The notes under the pieces: model-generated
Databases searched by the model: none
Told to the model about the DNA's origin: nothing
Seen by the model: only the letters and a program-made list of their open reading frames with translations
Assembly (NCBI GenBank): GCA_000165425.1
Contig: CT868485.1
Coordinates: 62,001 to 126,000, forward strand
Length of the DNA: 64,000 nucleotides
Direction: 5' to 3'
Source of the DNA: Paramecium tetraurelia
Lineage: Eukaryota
Part shown: positions 35,322 to 48,123 of the stretch, in pieces
Numbering within the stretch: position 1 is the first letter of the stretch
Layout of the letters: every line of letters begins with the position of its first letter
Program-made: the position numbers and the translations under genes

Positions 35322-38300
35322 TAAATTATATAATAAATAAAATATAAAAATCATATCAAATTTTGTTTTTTAATATTTAAGTAAATTGTAAATCATAAAA
35401 CTGATTAATAAATTTAGATAATAGTGAAATAGAGTATTTTACAATTTTTTTGATAAGTCAATGAAAATAACAGTTTTTCAAAAAATTTTAATGAATTCAG
35501 GAATAAATAGAATATTTTAATATTAAGATAAATTAAAAATAATGGTAAATTCGCAACAATTTTAGTTATATCGTTATGAGAGCATTTTTAAAATAAGGAT
35601 ATTAATAATAAAGATTCAAAAAATATGTAGATTTGCATAGTTAGAGCTAAAGTAGTTGAACCATTGACTTTTCTTAAGATAGTCCTTTATGTATTTAATA
35701 CTCTCGTCATGCTTATCTTTTTCTTTTTAAGCTTCTTCCGTCTTACTCTTTACTAATCGAAATTGTAATAAAGAAAAGTTTATGATTATTATTATAAACA
35801 AAATTCAACGAATAATATATATAAAAGTAAGCTCCTTACATCTTCTAAGGCCACATATATTCAAGAGGCATAACGAGATACTAAATCTCTAATATATCAT
35901 GCAGGATCACTTCTGATGATCAAACCTCTCTGAAAAATGTTTATTATAAAATTTCACAGGTCATGATAGCTGAAATACTAAAGAATTAAAGATATTCTTT
36001 TGTTTTATTAGATTTACATTACTGTAAAATACAAGTGCCAGTTATAATAACATTTGCATGGCATTGTATGAAATGCTATTTTATATTCACATGTTGGTCT
36101 GATGATATATCTATTAATTCCATATAATTTTTAGTAACTTTAATTAGACAAATTGGAATGTCTAATATTCTTTCTGCTTTTGACCTAATTAAATTTATAT
36201 TTTTGGTAAATATTCAACAACTTCAGAGCATATCTGCTCAAAATTTATTTATGAAAGTTCTGAAATTCACCAAAATAAAAATGCGAAATGCTAGAGTTAC
36301 TATTTTATTTAATACAAGGTCACCAATAAACTAAATTTTGATATTAACTATACTTCTTGAATTGTTTATTAATTCCAACTTGTTATTGGTCTTAACTTTT
36401 TGCCTTCCATTAAAATTTACTTTGTTTCTTCTCAATAAGTTGACTCATCTTGTTTTGAAATTTATTCTTTCTAATTTCTAAGCGTGCTTAAAGCTTGATA
36501 TCATGAAGACATAGCTTCATTGTTTATATGTATTTAAAATATCTACTCAAGATTTGTGCAGTTCTACTTTTGCCATAACCATTTATAGAAACGCCTGATT
36601 GGTCCTTTATACAAATTTTTGCTTCTATCATATAAATTCCAAGCCTCTAAAAGTCGCTCAACTTAACATAAAAATCAAATTATAATGTTATTCTTGATAG
36701 CCAATTGGTTAGAAATTATTCTCATTTTCATTCCACAATTATATTGGTTCTAGTTTCCAAGCGAAAGACTTTTGAATTAGTTGTGAAATATTTTACTCAA
36801 AGAAAAATTCTTTTTTGGACATTCCTTTAGATGTTAGAAAAATCTTTCCATTTTTCGCAATGCACGCATTGCCAAATAATAATATAATTTTTTTAAAGGG
36901 CAGTCTTGCTTTTATATATTTTCTTTTAATCGACCAAATTTCAACAGTTCTGAAAATTTAACGGTCATTATATTTTTTCTTAAATAATTATTATTAAAAG
37001 TGGGGAAAATAAGCACATTTTCCCTATTTCACGATCAGGAGTGATATGCGTGATATACAACTCTGTTCTATTTAATCAAAACTAAAATTGATTAATAAAC
37101 TAATTTGTCATCAAACATATTTGCTATTTAAATATTATGAATTAATAAATTGTTGAGGAAGTTCCACTCTTGTTATCTAGTGTAGATGTTCATCAGCCCA
37201 TTCAATAAGCTTATATTGGTCTCTAAATTTAAGGTAAATATTTTTTAATAATTGGTGTGCTTTGAGGCGAATGTTAAATAAGGTGTGATAGTTGAGTTGA
37301 TGAAAGTCAAATTGAACTATAATCAAAGCTGGGGCATAGATGAAAAACATAATCTGATAAGAAATGGGCAGTCTATGCTTTGAAACCAATCAAACCTGAT
37401 TCAGATTTATTTAAGAAATATTGCTTTTAAAAATTTGATTTAAAACAATTCACTGAGTTAATGGAGCAATTAATGACATAAATAATAGGAAAATCAGGTC
37501 ACCTGATTTTAGAATCGAGAGAAAAATGTAAAAAATATGAATAGAATTCAATAATATCATCATTAGAAATCTTATTGAGTTGGTTAAACCAAATTAATTT
37601 TCAATTAAAATAAGGTTAATTTTTGAATTCATAAAAATGCCAATAATGACATTTCCTTTATATAAAAATTGCAAATGATATTAATTAATATTCTAACATC
37701 GAATATTTTTAGGATAACATCATTTTTTGATAGGGGGGAACTGCTCCACATCATCACCTGTTTCACTGCTTCATAAAGTTATCTTAAGAATTCAACATAT
37801 ATTTATACATATCATTTTTTTTTTTTATGTTTAATGTGTATAGATCATCAATCTATTTCCTTATTTCACATTTGTCACTTCAATGGAAGTCCTTTTATCA
37901 CAATTTCTTTCTTTCTTAAATAAAGCATTTTTTTCAAATTTTTTATCTTTCAAATTAGCTATTCTTTTTAGGAGTGTCCAGAATTAATTTTCCAAAAATT
38001 GGAATAAATCAGTCTTTATGGATTCGCCTGACATTCCTAGATCTCATGTGATTATTACTTATTTTAATCGTTTGATTTCATTAACATCACGCTCTCCTTG
38101 AATCTCTAACATAGACGCCAATAATTTGTATTATAGTAATTTGCCTCATGCCAATAGAGCAGAATAAAATTTTATAAAGTCAATTTTAAAAAAATTGAGC
38201 ATTAAATATTTTTATTGGGATTTCAGTTTGGACCATGGCATATTAAGATAGACTTAAAAAGTAAAAATAATAAAGTTATTATAAATCACTATAAAAAAAA

Positions 38301-39085
38301 AGCCAAGATCTAATATACAATTGAAATCTAATAACTTAACTTGTATACTTGAATGGGTTGATTTGCTTTTTTTGCCTCTCTAATATTCGGCATTTATAAA
38401 GCTCTCATAAAAGAATAGATTTTAGCAAATGCTTCCTAAGTTTTGCTAAATATTCCAAGTGATGATAATTGGCATCAAATGTAAAAAAGGCAAAAGTTTT
38501 CGCAAATCAACTTCTTTAGTAGATCAACAAGGATGTGAAATTTAAGATAAAATGAAATCCTTCTTACATTCTAAAAGCGAATTATACAATAATATTACTT
38601 TGGCTATACATGAAATAATGATAATATGTATATTTAGGAATTAAAGATATAGAAAAAAGAAAAAATAAATTAGGATGGTTTTAGGGAAAATTAAAGTAGA
38701 ATGAGAAAAAAGAAGAGAAAAACAATATTGAATAAAGTTAATTAAGAAATAAAAAAAAAATAAGAATACAAGAAAATAATGAATAGTGAAAGTAAAATTT
38801 AACTTATCGATTTTGATGTATATCTTAAATGGATAAACTCAGATATTATCAAAGATGGATTTCGAGAGTTTTACCATTTTGTGAAAAATATCTTCTCTAC
38901 ATAGATAAGTATGTGAAAACTGATTTGAAATAGAGTTTGACGGGATGAAATTGTCTTCAAAATAGATTCCTAATCGAATTGATCCAAATTATAGAATAAC
39001 ATTCTTAAGACAGAATTGATCGGAGAAAATATAATACTTAATTTCTGAATCAATACTTTTGGATAATAATTATAATAAAATAGAA

Positions 39086-41599
39086 ATGTAAATTTTCGTA
39101 AAGACTTTGACTGGAAAAACCATCACTCTTGATGTTGAACCATCAGACACTATTGACGCTGTCAAGGCTAAAATTTAAGACAAGGAAGGAATCCCACCTG
39201 ATTAATAAAGACTCATTTTTGCAGGAAAGTAATTAGAAGATGGAAGAACACTTTCAGATTATAACATCTAAAAGGAATCCACTCTCCACTTAGTTTTGAG
39301 ATTGAGAGGTGGAATGTAAATTTTCGTTAAGACTTTGACTGGAAAAACCATCACTCTTGATGTTGAACCATCAGACACTATTGACGCTGTCAAGGCTAAA
39401 ATTTAAGACAAGGAAAGGAATCCCACCTGATTAATAAAGACTCATTTTTGCAGGAAAGTAATTAGAAGATGGAAGAACACTTTCAGATTATAACATCTAA
39501 AAGGAATCCACTCTCCACTTAGTTTTGAGATTGAGAGGTGGAATGTAAATTTTCGTTAAGACTTTGACTGGAAAAACCATCACTCTTGATGTTGAACACA
39601 TCAGACACTATTGACGCTGTCAAGGCTAAAATTTAAGACAAGGAAGGAATCCCACCTGATTAATAAAGACTCATTTTTGCAGGAAAGTAATTAGAAGATG
39701 GAAGAACACTTTCAGATTATAACATCTAAAAGGAATCCACTCTCCACCTTAGTTTTGAGATTGAGAGGTGGAATGTAAATTTTCGTAAAGACTTTGACTG
39801 GAAAAACCATCACTCTTGATGTTGAACCATCAGACACTATTGACGCTGTCAAGGCTAAAATTTAAGACAAGGAAGGAATCCCACCTGATTAATAAAGACT
39901 CATTTTTGCAGGAAAGTAATTAGAAGATGGAAGAACACTTTCAGATTATAACATCTAAAAGGAATCCACTCTCCACTTAGTTTTGAGATTGAAGAGGTGG
40001 AATGTAAATTTTCCGTTAAGACTTTGACTGGAAAAACCATCACTCTTGATGTTGAACCATCAGACACTATTGACGCTGTCAAGGCTAAAATTTAAGACAA
40101 GGAAGGAATCCCACCTGATTAATAAAGACTCATTTTTTGCAGGAAAGTAATTAGAAGATGGAAGAACACTTTCAGATTATAACATCTAAAAGGAATCCAC
40201 TCTCCACTTAGTTTTGAGATTGAGAGGTGGAATGTAAATTTTCGTTAAGACTTTGACTGGAAAAACCATCACTCTTGATGTTGAACCATCAGACACTATT
40301 GACGCTGTCAAGGCTAAAATTTAAGACAAGGAAGGAATCCCACCTGATTAATAAAGACTCATTTTTGCAGGAAAGTAATTAGAAGATGGAAGAACACTTT
40401 CAGATTATAACATCTAAAAGGAATCCACTCTCCACTTAGTTTTGAGATTGAGAGGTGGAATGTAAATTTTCGTTAAGACTTTGACTGGAAAAACCATCAC
40501 TCTTGATGTTGAACCATCAGACACTATTGACGCTGTCAAGGCTAAAATTTAAGACAAGGAAGGAATCCCACCTGATTAATAAAGACTCATTTTTGCAGGA
40601 AAGTAATTAGAAGATGGAAGAACACTTTCAGATTATAACATCTAAAAGGAATCCACTCTCCACTTAGTTTTGAGATTGAGAGGTGGAATGTAAATTTTCG
40701 TAAAGACTTTGACTGGAAAAACCATCACTCTTGATGTTGAACCATCAGACACTATTGACGCTGTCAAGGCTAAAATTTAAGACAAGGAAGGAATCCCACC
40801 TGATTAATAAAGACTCATTTTTGCAGGAAAGTAATTAGAAGATGGAAGAACACTTTCAGATTATAACATCTAAAAGGAATCCACTCTCCACTTAGTTTTG
40901 AGATTGAGAGGTGGAATGTAAATTTTCGTTAAGACTTTGACTGGAAAAACCATCACTCTTGATGTTGAACCATCAGACACTATTGACGCTGTCAAGGCTA
41001 AAATTTAAGACAAGGAAGGAATCCCACCTGATTAATAAAGACTCATTTTTGCAGGAAAGTAATTAGAAGATGGAAGAACACTTTCAGATTATAACATCTA
41101 AAAGGAATCCACTCTCCACTTAGTTTTGAGATTGAGAGGTGGAATGTAAATTTTCGTTAAGTCTTTGACTGGAAAAACCATCACTCTTGATGTTGAACCA
41201 TCAGACACTATTGACGCTGTCAAGGCTAAAATTTAAGACAAGGAAGGAATCCCACCTGATTAATAAAGACTCATTTTTGCAGGAAAGTAATTAGAAGATG
41301 GAAGAACACTTTCAGATTATAACATCTAAAAGGAATCCACTCTCCACTTAGTTTTGAGATTGAGAGGTGGAATGTAAATTTTCGTTAAGACTTTGACTGG
41401 AAAAACCATCACTCTTGATGTTGAACCATCAGACACTATTGACGCTGTCAAGGCTAAAATTTAAGACAAGGAAGGAATCCCACCTGATTAATAAAGACTC
41501 ATTTTTGCAGGAAAGTAATTAGAAGATGGAAGAACACTTTCAGATTATAACATCTAAAAGGAATCCACTCTCCACTTAGTTTTGAGATTAAGAGGTGGC
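39086..41599 (+). repeat. 228-bp tandem repeat x11 (ubiquitin monomers)
   Basis: Near-identical 228-nt units. They differ only by GTA/GTT at codon 5, one ACT>TCT, the last-unit codons and single-base insertions. Confidence 0.98.
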
Positions 41600-41605
41600 T
41601 AATGA
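39086..41605 (+). CDS. polyubiquitin, 11 head-to-tail units plus a terminal Gln (six 1-nt insertions in units 2-5)
   Basis: Units of [76 protein letters not shown] start at 39086, 39314, 39543, 39773, 40002, 40232, 40460, 40688, 40916, 41144 and 41372. Ends GGC TAA TGA. Confidence 0.97.
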
Positions 41606-41901
41606 TTTTCTCTCTATATTCATTCATTCATTTTGTATATCATTTAAACAATAAACAATTTTCATTTAAACTTCATAACTTATTTTTTACATTTTTCACC
41701 AAAGGCACACATTTTAGTAATATTTCTCATCTCATCAGCTCCCAATTTACAAAATTTTTAATATTTAATTAACTATATTCAACAAAATTTATGTTTAATA
41801 TATTTATTGATAAGTTAGAATAATTTAATTCTTAGATGAGTAAAGTTTAAAGTTAGCTTTCAATTACTAAAATGGCAGATTCTAAATTTTGAAAATATTT
41901 T

Positions 41902-43528
41902 TCATTTTTATTAAAGTTTTTTGTTAATTTATTACCACATCTAGTTTATTTATAAGACAGATAAAAGCCACTTCCTAATTAAATTATTAATTGAGCTTCT
42001 TTTCTAAAGTTTACAGATTACACATATTAAACTTATAAAATATGTGTCCTTTTTTTAAATACAATAATTAATTTTAGGTAAGAATTAAATATTTTATGAT
42101 GTATTTCTTCAAGATATGTTTAGAGCATTCCTATTATCTGCTTAATCTATTATATTCGTTTTGTTAAACCCTTCTACTTATGTATCTACTTAGTCTTGAT
42201 TATAATTTTGCTTTCCTTCGGCTGATTTTAAATTTTAGATTGTTTATAATTATTCAAGATAATTTTTGATTAAAATGTATATTAAGTATAAAAATTCAGA
42301 TTATTAATTCATATTTACCAAATGGAATATATATCTGTTTCTCCTATCTAAATTTAAAGCCAACCAATTATTTATAATATTGCATATCTTCAAAATATTG
42401 TTTACTCGCGCAATCTTAATTGCTTAATTAAATGATAGCATAAAATCCCCATTCTAATAATTCTTATGAATTTTTTGCAGATAACTTAATAAATAAAAAT
42501 CTTACTTAGACAATTGAATGCAATCCATTATCGTTGAGGTTTGGGACCAAAATCTTCTCAACTCTAGCCACATAACTGGTTTGAAGCTCTCTTGAATCCA
42601 AGCCATCTAATAATCTAATACCTCTCATTTTTGTTTAAATTGGATTTGGTATTATTTATTTTTATTCACTTCTCCAGGCTTTAAAACCTAATTATGAGAA
42701 GAGTTTTTCAGTTATTGACTACCTTTGCGTTTTATTAGATTAGTCATGTTTATTTTTAAGTTCTTCCTCTAATTCTTTTACTTATTCGTTGATTATTTCT
42801 TCAACTTAAGGAACAACTATTTCTTAGTTTTCTAAAGACTCTTTATTCATTTTTAAACATGACTATGTCAAATCATCAATTTTCTTTTTTAATTATTCAT
42901 TGGATAATGTGTTTTCTTGTTCTTTACTATATTCAATTTGATTCGAAACTTAGTATTATTTGTGGTTACTAGCACTTTATTAGTTTTCTTTATTTTCTTA
43001 AAACTAAACTCTAAGTTGCTTTTTAGAACACTTAGATGCAGATTAATTTTGTAGTTGTTATTCCCCTACTTCAGATGTTGAAATAATTTAATTTGCCTAT
43101 TTTTGAATAGATTTCATTATGTTCTCATCCTGATAGTTTTTTTACATTGAATTGAGAATGTTTTTTTATAAAAAATCTGAGTATTTGGATTTTTCTTTGC
43201 ATAAGGAGTGAAACACAACTAAAATTATTATCCATAAATTCTTATCTTTTAAGAGTTTCTCACCAAATTGTGTTCTGATTTCAGGAATGAATACTTAGAA
43301 AGATAAATGCTATCTCAATACACTAGATTCTTCAGTGAGTAATTATATGGCAAGTTCAAAGGAATTATTCTTATTTTACATTTCGAATACAATCTGAGAC
43401 AACTATCTTTGGATAGTGTCACTATCATGAAATTAAGAATTCTTTTTTGTCAGTTTAGCTGATTTGTTTCCTGATCTAAGCGATTTTTTAAACAAAATAT
43501 CGACATTACTCTTCCTCTATTCAAACAT
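41902..43528 (-). CDS. hypothetical protein
   Basis: ATG at 43528 (MFEQRKSNVDILFKKSLRSG) with Q/E/K/N-rich coding-like composition. Introns and 3' end not fully resolved. Confidence 0.45.
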
Positions 43529-43686
43529 AAATTTAAATACAAATAATATAACGAAATATGATATAATTTTCCAAAATTGATGATGATTGTAATTAAATGA
43601 AAATTACCTCAGTCATATATTACCATCATTATTATTCTGAATAAGAAAAATTAATATTTATATAATATTTAATAGAAAAACAAGTA

Positions 43687-44160
43687 ATGCAGCTGTTAAT
43701 GTCAACCCTAACAGGAAAAACTATTGCCATCCCTTTTGAGCCATCAGATAATATAAGAAAGGTTAAACTAAAAGTTTAAGAATTTGAAGGCATTCCTTTT
43801 AATTAGCAAAGGATACTTTTGGAATAGTCTGAATTAGATGACAATTAAACTCTATCACGATTTGTAATTGAAAACAATACAATGTTGAAATTATTATTAC
43901 GATTGAAAGGAGGAGGCTAGGTGTTTGTCAAAACTATGACAGGAAAAACAATTACCATAACAACAGAATACGATAAAACTATAGGAGAACTTAAAAAGTT
44001 GATCTATGAAAAAATTGGAATCCCACCACAACAACAAAAATTGATATTTGCAGGAAAAGTATTAGATGATTGCAAAAAGATGGAAGATTATAATATTCAA
44101 AAAGAATCTACAATTCATATGACAGAAAGATTAAAAGGTGGATTTTCTGATAAAATTTGA
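43687..44160 (+). CDS. tandem di-ubiquitin-like protein (two divergent UBLs, each ending RLKGG, plus a 5-aa tail)
   Basis: [27 protein letters not shown]...[23 protein letters not shown]...[18 protein letters not shown]. Intronless, 157 aa. Confidence 0.9.
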
Positions 44161-44279
44161 CAAATCTAATAATTAGTTTATTAGAATTAATATTATAATT
44201 CTATTAATAAGGTGTCATAAATATATCTTAAATATTTTTGGTATTTTCATAAATTAATTCAATATAATTGTCTAATTAA

Positions 44280-45233
44280 TCAAATGCTCCTTCGAAATTA
44301 ATTTGTCTAATTGGCTTAAATTTTAATTCAATGTTTTAGAATTACTCTAGAAGACATAATATTAATTAAGAATTGATGAAATTTCAGCATTATTATTTGA
44401 TATAAATTTTTAGTATTATTCTTCAAAAGATAAAGGTGTATAAAATAAACCAAAAAGCATACAATATTTCTGAATAAACAAATTATTCCCAATATAACAC
44501 TCTTCAAAGAGTAAGTTTCTATTACACATTAACCATCATTTGATAATGTTTGATTTTCTAAAAAGAAATTCATTATGTAAATCAATTTTATGTTCTAGAA
44601 TTGTTAATATAGAGTATGATTTTTGTAAAAATGATTAATTATGATTTATAGAACATTAAAACTCATACTTTAACAATAATTTTAATGCCACTAAATATTG
44701 CTGCTGCAATAAGTCCGTAAACAAATCTATCGTCCCTATTTTGAAAATAGCCACAAAGAATCGTCAAGGATGGGAAACCAGTGCCTGCACATAAATAAAG
44801 AGGCATAATTGTTTGGTATTTGTAATTTAACGAAAGCTTCTGATTAAAATATTCATTAATTTTAGGATTTTAGTTTGAAAATATCCAATCTCCTTTGTCT
44901 AAGGTGCAGTCAAGTATTCCTTCATTAGATTTACTATAAAGTTGTTAATATTATTGATGTATTTATGATTTTTATTTCAGCAATTCCTTTGATACAATAT
45001 ATGATTATACATCTCGAATTTAATCATCGCATGTTCTCATTTATGTATAGTATTAATAAGTCAAATACATTCCATATGTGAGAAAGAGTGCATGTCTGGC
45101 AGTAATTTTATAATCAATGTTAAATGCTTATAAATTGTCAATTAATTTGATTGATTTCATTAAAAATATTAATAAAGTATTTTTTTGATTGAGTTTCTAT
45201 AAGATAAGAGGAGGATAAACAAATTAATAACAT
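44280..45233 (-). CDS. putative membrane protein, possibly decayed
   Basis: Open stretch MRTCDDQIRDV...MPLYLCAGTGFPSLTILCG..FVYGLIAAAIFSGIKIIVK with hydrophobic segments. Ends uncertain. Confidence 0.35.
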
Positions 45234-46722
45234 TAATTTGTTTATCCTCGAATATAAAAATATAAACATCATTGTTGATTATTAGATTGAAATTATGTTG
45301 GATAAATAGATATTGTCTCTATCATTAGTTAAGGAATGTATGGAAAATTCTAAATAGTGAAATATAAGTAGGTGCTGTTTAAACTTAAAATTAATAATAT
45401 GTTTATTGAGCTGATGTGCTATTTTAATATTCTTAAACATTTTAATTTTGATAGCTCTCTTACTCATTAAACATTATTGTTCTCAGGCACATTCTAAAAG
45501 AGGAATTTTTTGTCAAGGTATTTGTACCAAATGCATGAATAAAGGATTCGGCAACTTTCAATCCAATCAAACTATTTAATTTTTTTCAACTCAGCCAACA
45601 ACCTATCTTAGCTAGGTTTCCATGGATTATGATGAGTAAGGGTTGGAATTTTGTGGAATAATTTTTATATCCTTAAAATTTATAATATAGTTGTTTAAAG
45701 GTTAATTTTCAATTAAATTTCTTTAAGGATCTTGAGAACTTTGCAAACATTACAAGAATTTGATAATATTTATAAAACACTCATAACAACTTGTATAGAT
45801 GAATAATTAAATCATATCTTTATTATTCTTCATAAAGTTTGAGAGGATTCAGAGTTTGCTAATATGTTTTTTGAAAGAATTTGCATTTTGCTTAAACAAA
45901 ATATTGCGGTAGGATAAACAATATTTGATACATTGAGAGTATGTTGATATTTGGTTTCAAACATTTCAACTCACTTTTATTCAAAATATTTGTTTAAATA
46001 GCTTTTATTTTAATATTTTTGAGGTCTTTAAGAGTTGCAAACTTAAAGATGATTAATTATAAAGGGGGATTTTTTTAATTATGAGGTTAGCTTTATAATG
46101 GAGTGTATTTATAAAGGGTTGAGTAGGCCAGAATTAATTCCAAACGTGTTATGGTCTTATGATCGATATCTTGTTTTATAAATAAACTTCCTATGGAATG
46201 GGGCCATTACTTTAGGTTTGAATCATGATTTTAATTTATCATCTTAAGAGGTTTTACGAAGAAATGGATAAATTAGAATACTTTTGCTAAAAATCTGAAT
46301 TTTATTATGATATTAAAGTTTATCTTTCAGATAAGGATGAGATTCTTCTTATTATCCGATTTTTCGATTACAATTTCATATCTTTTTGGTTTCTAATTTT
46401 TTTTACAATTCATGTAACAATTCTTGATTATTGTTTCTTTAATTAATATTGATTAATACTTAATAATTCAATGTATCAAGGTAAGTTTAATTTATGTTCA
46501 TTCTAAATTAAATAATTATCTAATTTCTATTCTTGCATATTCACATCTAACTCTTTATAATTATTTATTACATCGATTTATAAGTATTTTCAATTGACTT
46601 ATTATATTACCTTATACTTTTGTTTTAGTGAATTGGATTTGGACTTTTTATATAATTGGAGATTGACAAGTTAAATAGAGGGTATAGTATTGATTATTTT
46701 ATAAAATAATATATATTTAATA

Positions 46723-48123
46723 ATGATTACACTAGATCATGTAATTGAAAATAGCATAAAAATGGGAAAATTTTAATATATAGTACTCTGTATAATTTCA
46801 ATGATCGATTTTGCAGACGGAATTGAGAAAACCTTGATTGGCACTCTTCAATCAATATTAAAAAACTAATGGGATTTAAATGATCTTGATATATCATTAA
46901 TGACAAGTTCATATTTTATAGGAATTGTTAGTGGTACTTTATTGTGTGCATTTTATGCTGATCATGTAGGCAGAGCGAAAACATTACTATACTCCAGCCT
47001 ACTAGCATTTTTATTACTTTTATGGCATAGTTTTGCACAAAGCTTTGTAGAAATTCTCGTCTTAAGGTTTTGCTTTGGTGTTATCTTTGGGACAACTATT
47101 CCATTAGGACATGTTGTCATAAGTGAAATTGTACCAGCTAAAATTAGAGGATAAATAATGACTATAGTTGCAACTGTATTTATTATTGGAAAGATCTATT
47201 GTACAGGATTGTAGATGATTTTTTTAAACGACTTCAAATCAGGTCATTGGAGACTGTTGTTGATTGTAAATAGTCTTCCACTTTTTTTGTGTTTTGTCAG
47301 CTCTATTCTTTATTTAAAGGAGTCTCCGAGATATTATTTTACAAAATTTAACTATGATTAAGGTTTCTTAGAATTAGAACATATAGGAAAAGTAAATAAT
47401 GGAACATCATATTAATTGACTGATGAATAAAAATAGGGGATTTTGGAACAATAATAATAAATAAATTAAGAATAAGAACCTATTAAGACTGTAAAGTATT
47501 TATTTTCAAGATAATATATCAATTTTACAATTAGAATTTGGATTGTATTTATGTTAACATCAATAATTGAAACTACACTTTATTATCTAATGCCTTTTTG
47601 GTTAGGAGATTCTTAGAAAGGATTTATGGCTTAAATGTATATGATGCTTGCTGAATTGGTGGCAGGGATTGCTGTATATTTCATTATTGATAGCAAAAAA
47701 ACAGGAGGTCGATCTAAATTAGTTATGATCTTATCAGTGATGATATTTGTAACTAGTCTCATACTAATTATTTTTTAAGATTCCTTTCTTATTTATGGAT
47801 TAACAATAATATCTTTTTTACTTAAAGTGATGTTTACAACAGAAATGGTCATTATGAATGAAAATTATACAACTTAATATCGTTCCATGGGAGTAGGGAT
47901 GACACAAACGGTTGGTAAATTTATGGGTGTCATATCACCATATTTTATATACCCTATGTACTCTGAAGACCCCTATTCTCCCTTTTATTTATATTCAGGT
48001 TGTATGATTGTTCTAGCTGTTATGTCGGCTACTTTACCATTTGATATGACTCAAGTAGAATTGGATAATATTGAAGTCTATAAACAGAAATAAAACAAAA
48101 AATCTCTAGTTGATAGTGAATGA
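46723..48123 (+). CDS. MFS transporter, SV2/SVOP-like
   Basis: Intronless 466-aa ORF with MFS motif A (ADHVGRAKT), ISEIVPAKIRG, WRLLL, KESPRY, IDSKKTGGR and ENYTTQYRSMGVG. Confidence 0.9.

Noticed and set aside
39900..40082. Minus-strand [22 protein letters not shown]
   Set aside because: Antisense shadow of a ubiquitin unit.
39411..40140. Programmed compensatory frameshifting in polyubiquitin (net +3 twice)
   Set aside because: The shifted frame meets TGA within five codons, and the insertion-only pattern fits sequencing error better.
39086..41599. Long regular tandem repeat as a CRISPR array or satellite
   Set aside because: The units are 228 bp with no unique spacers and translate exactly to ubiquitin.
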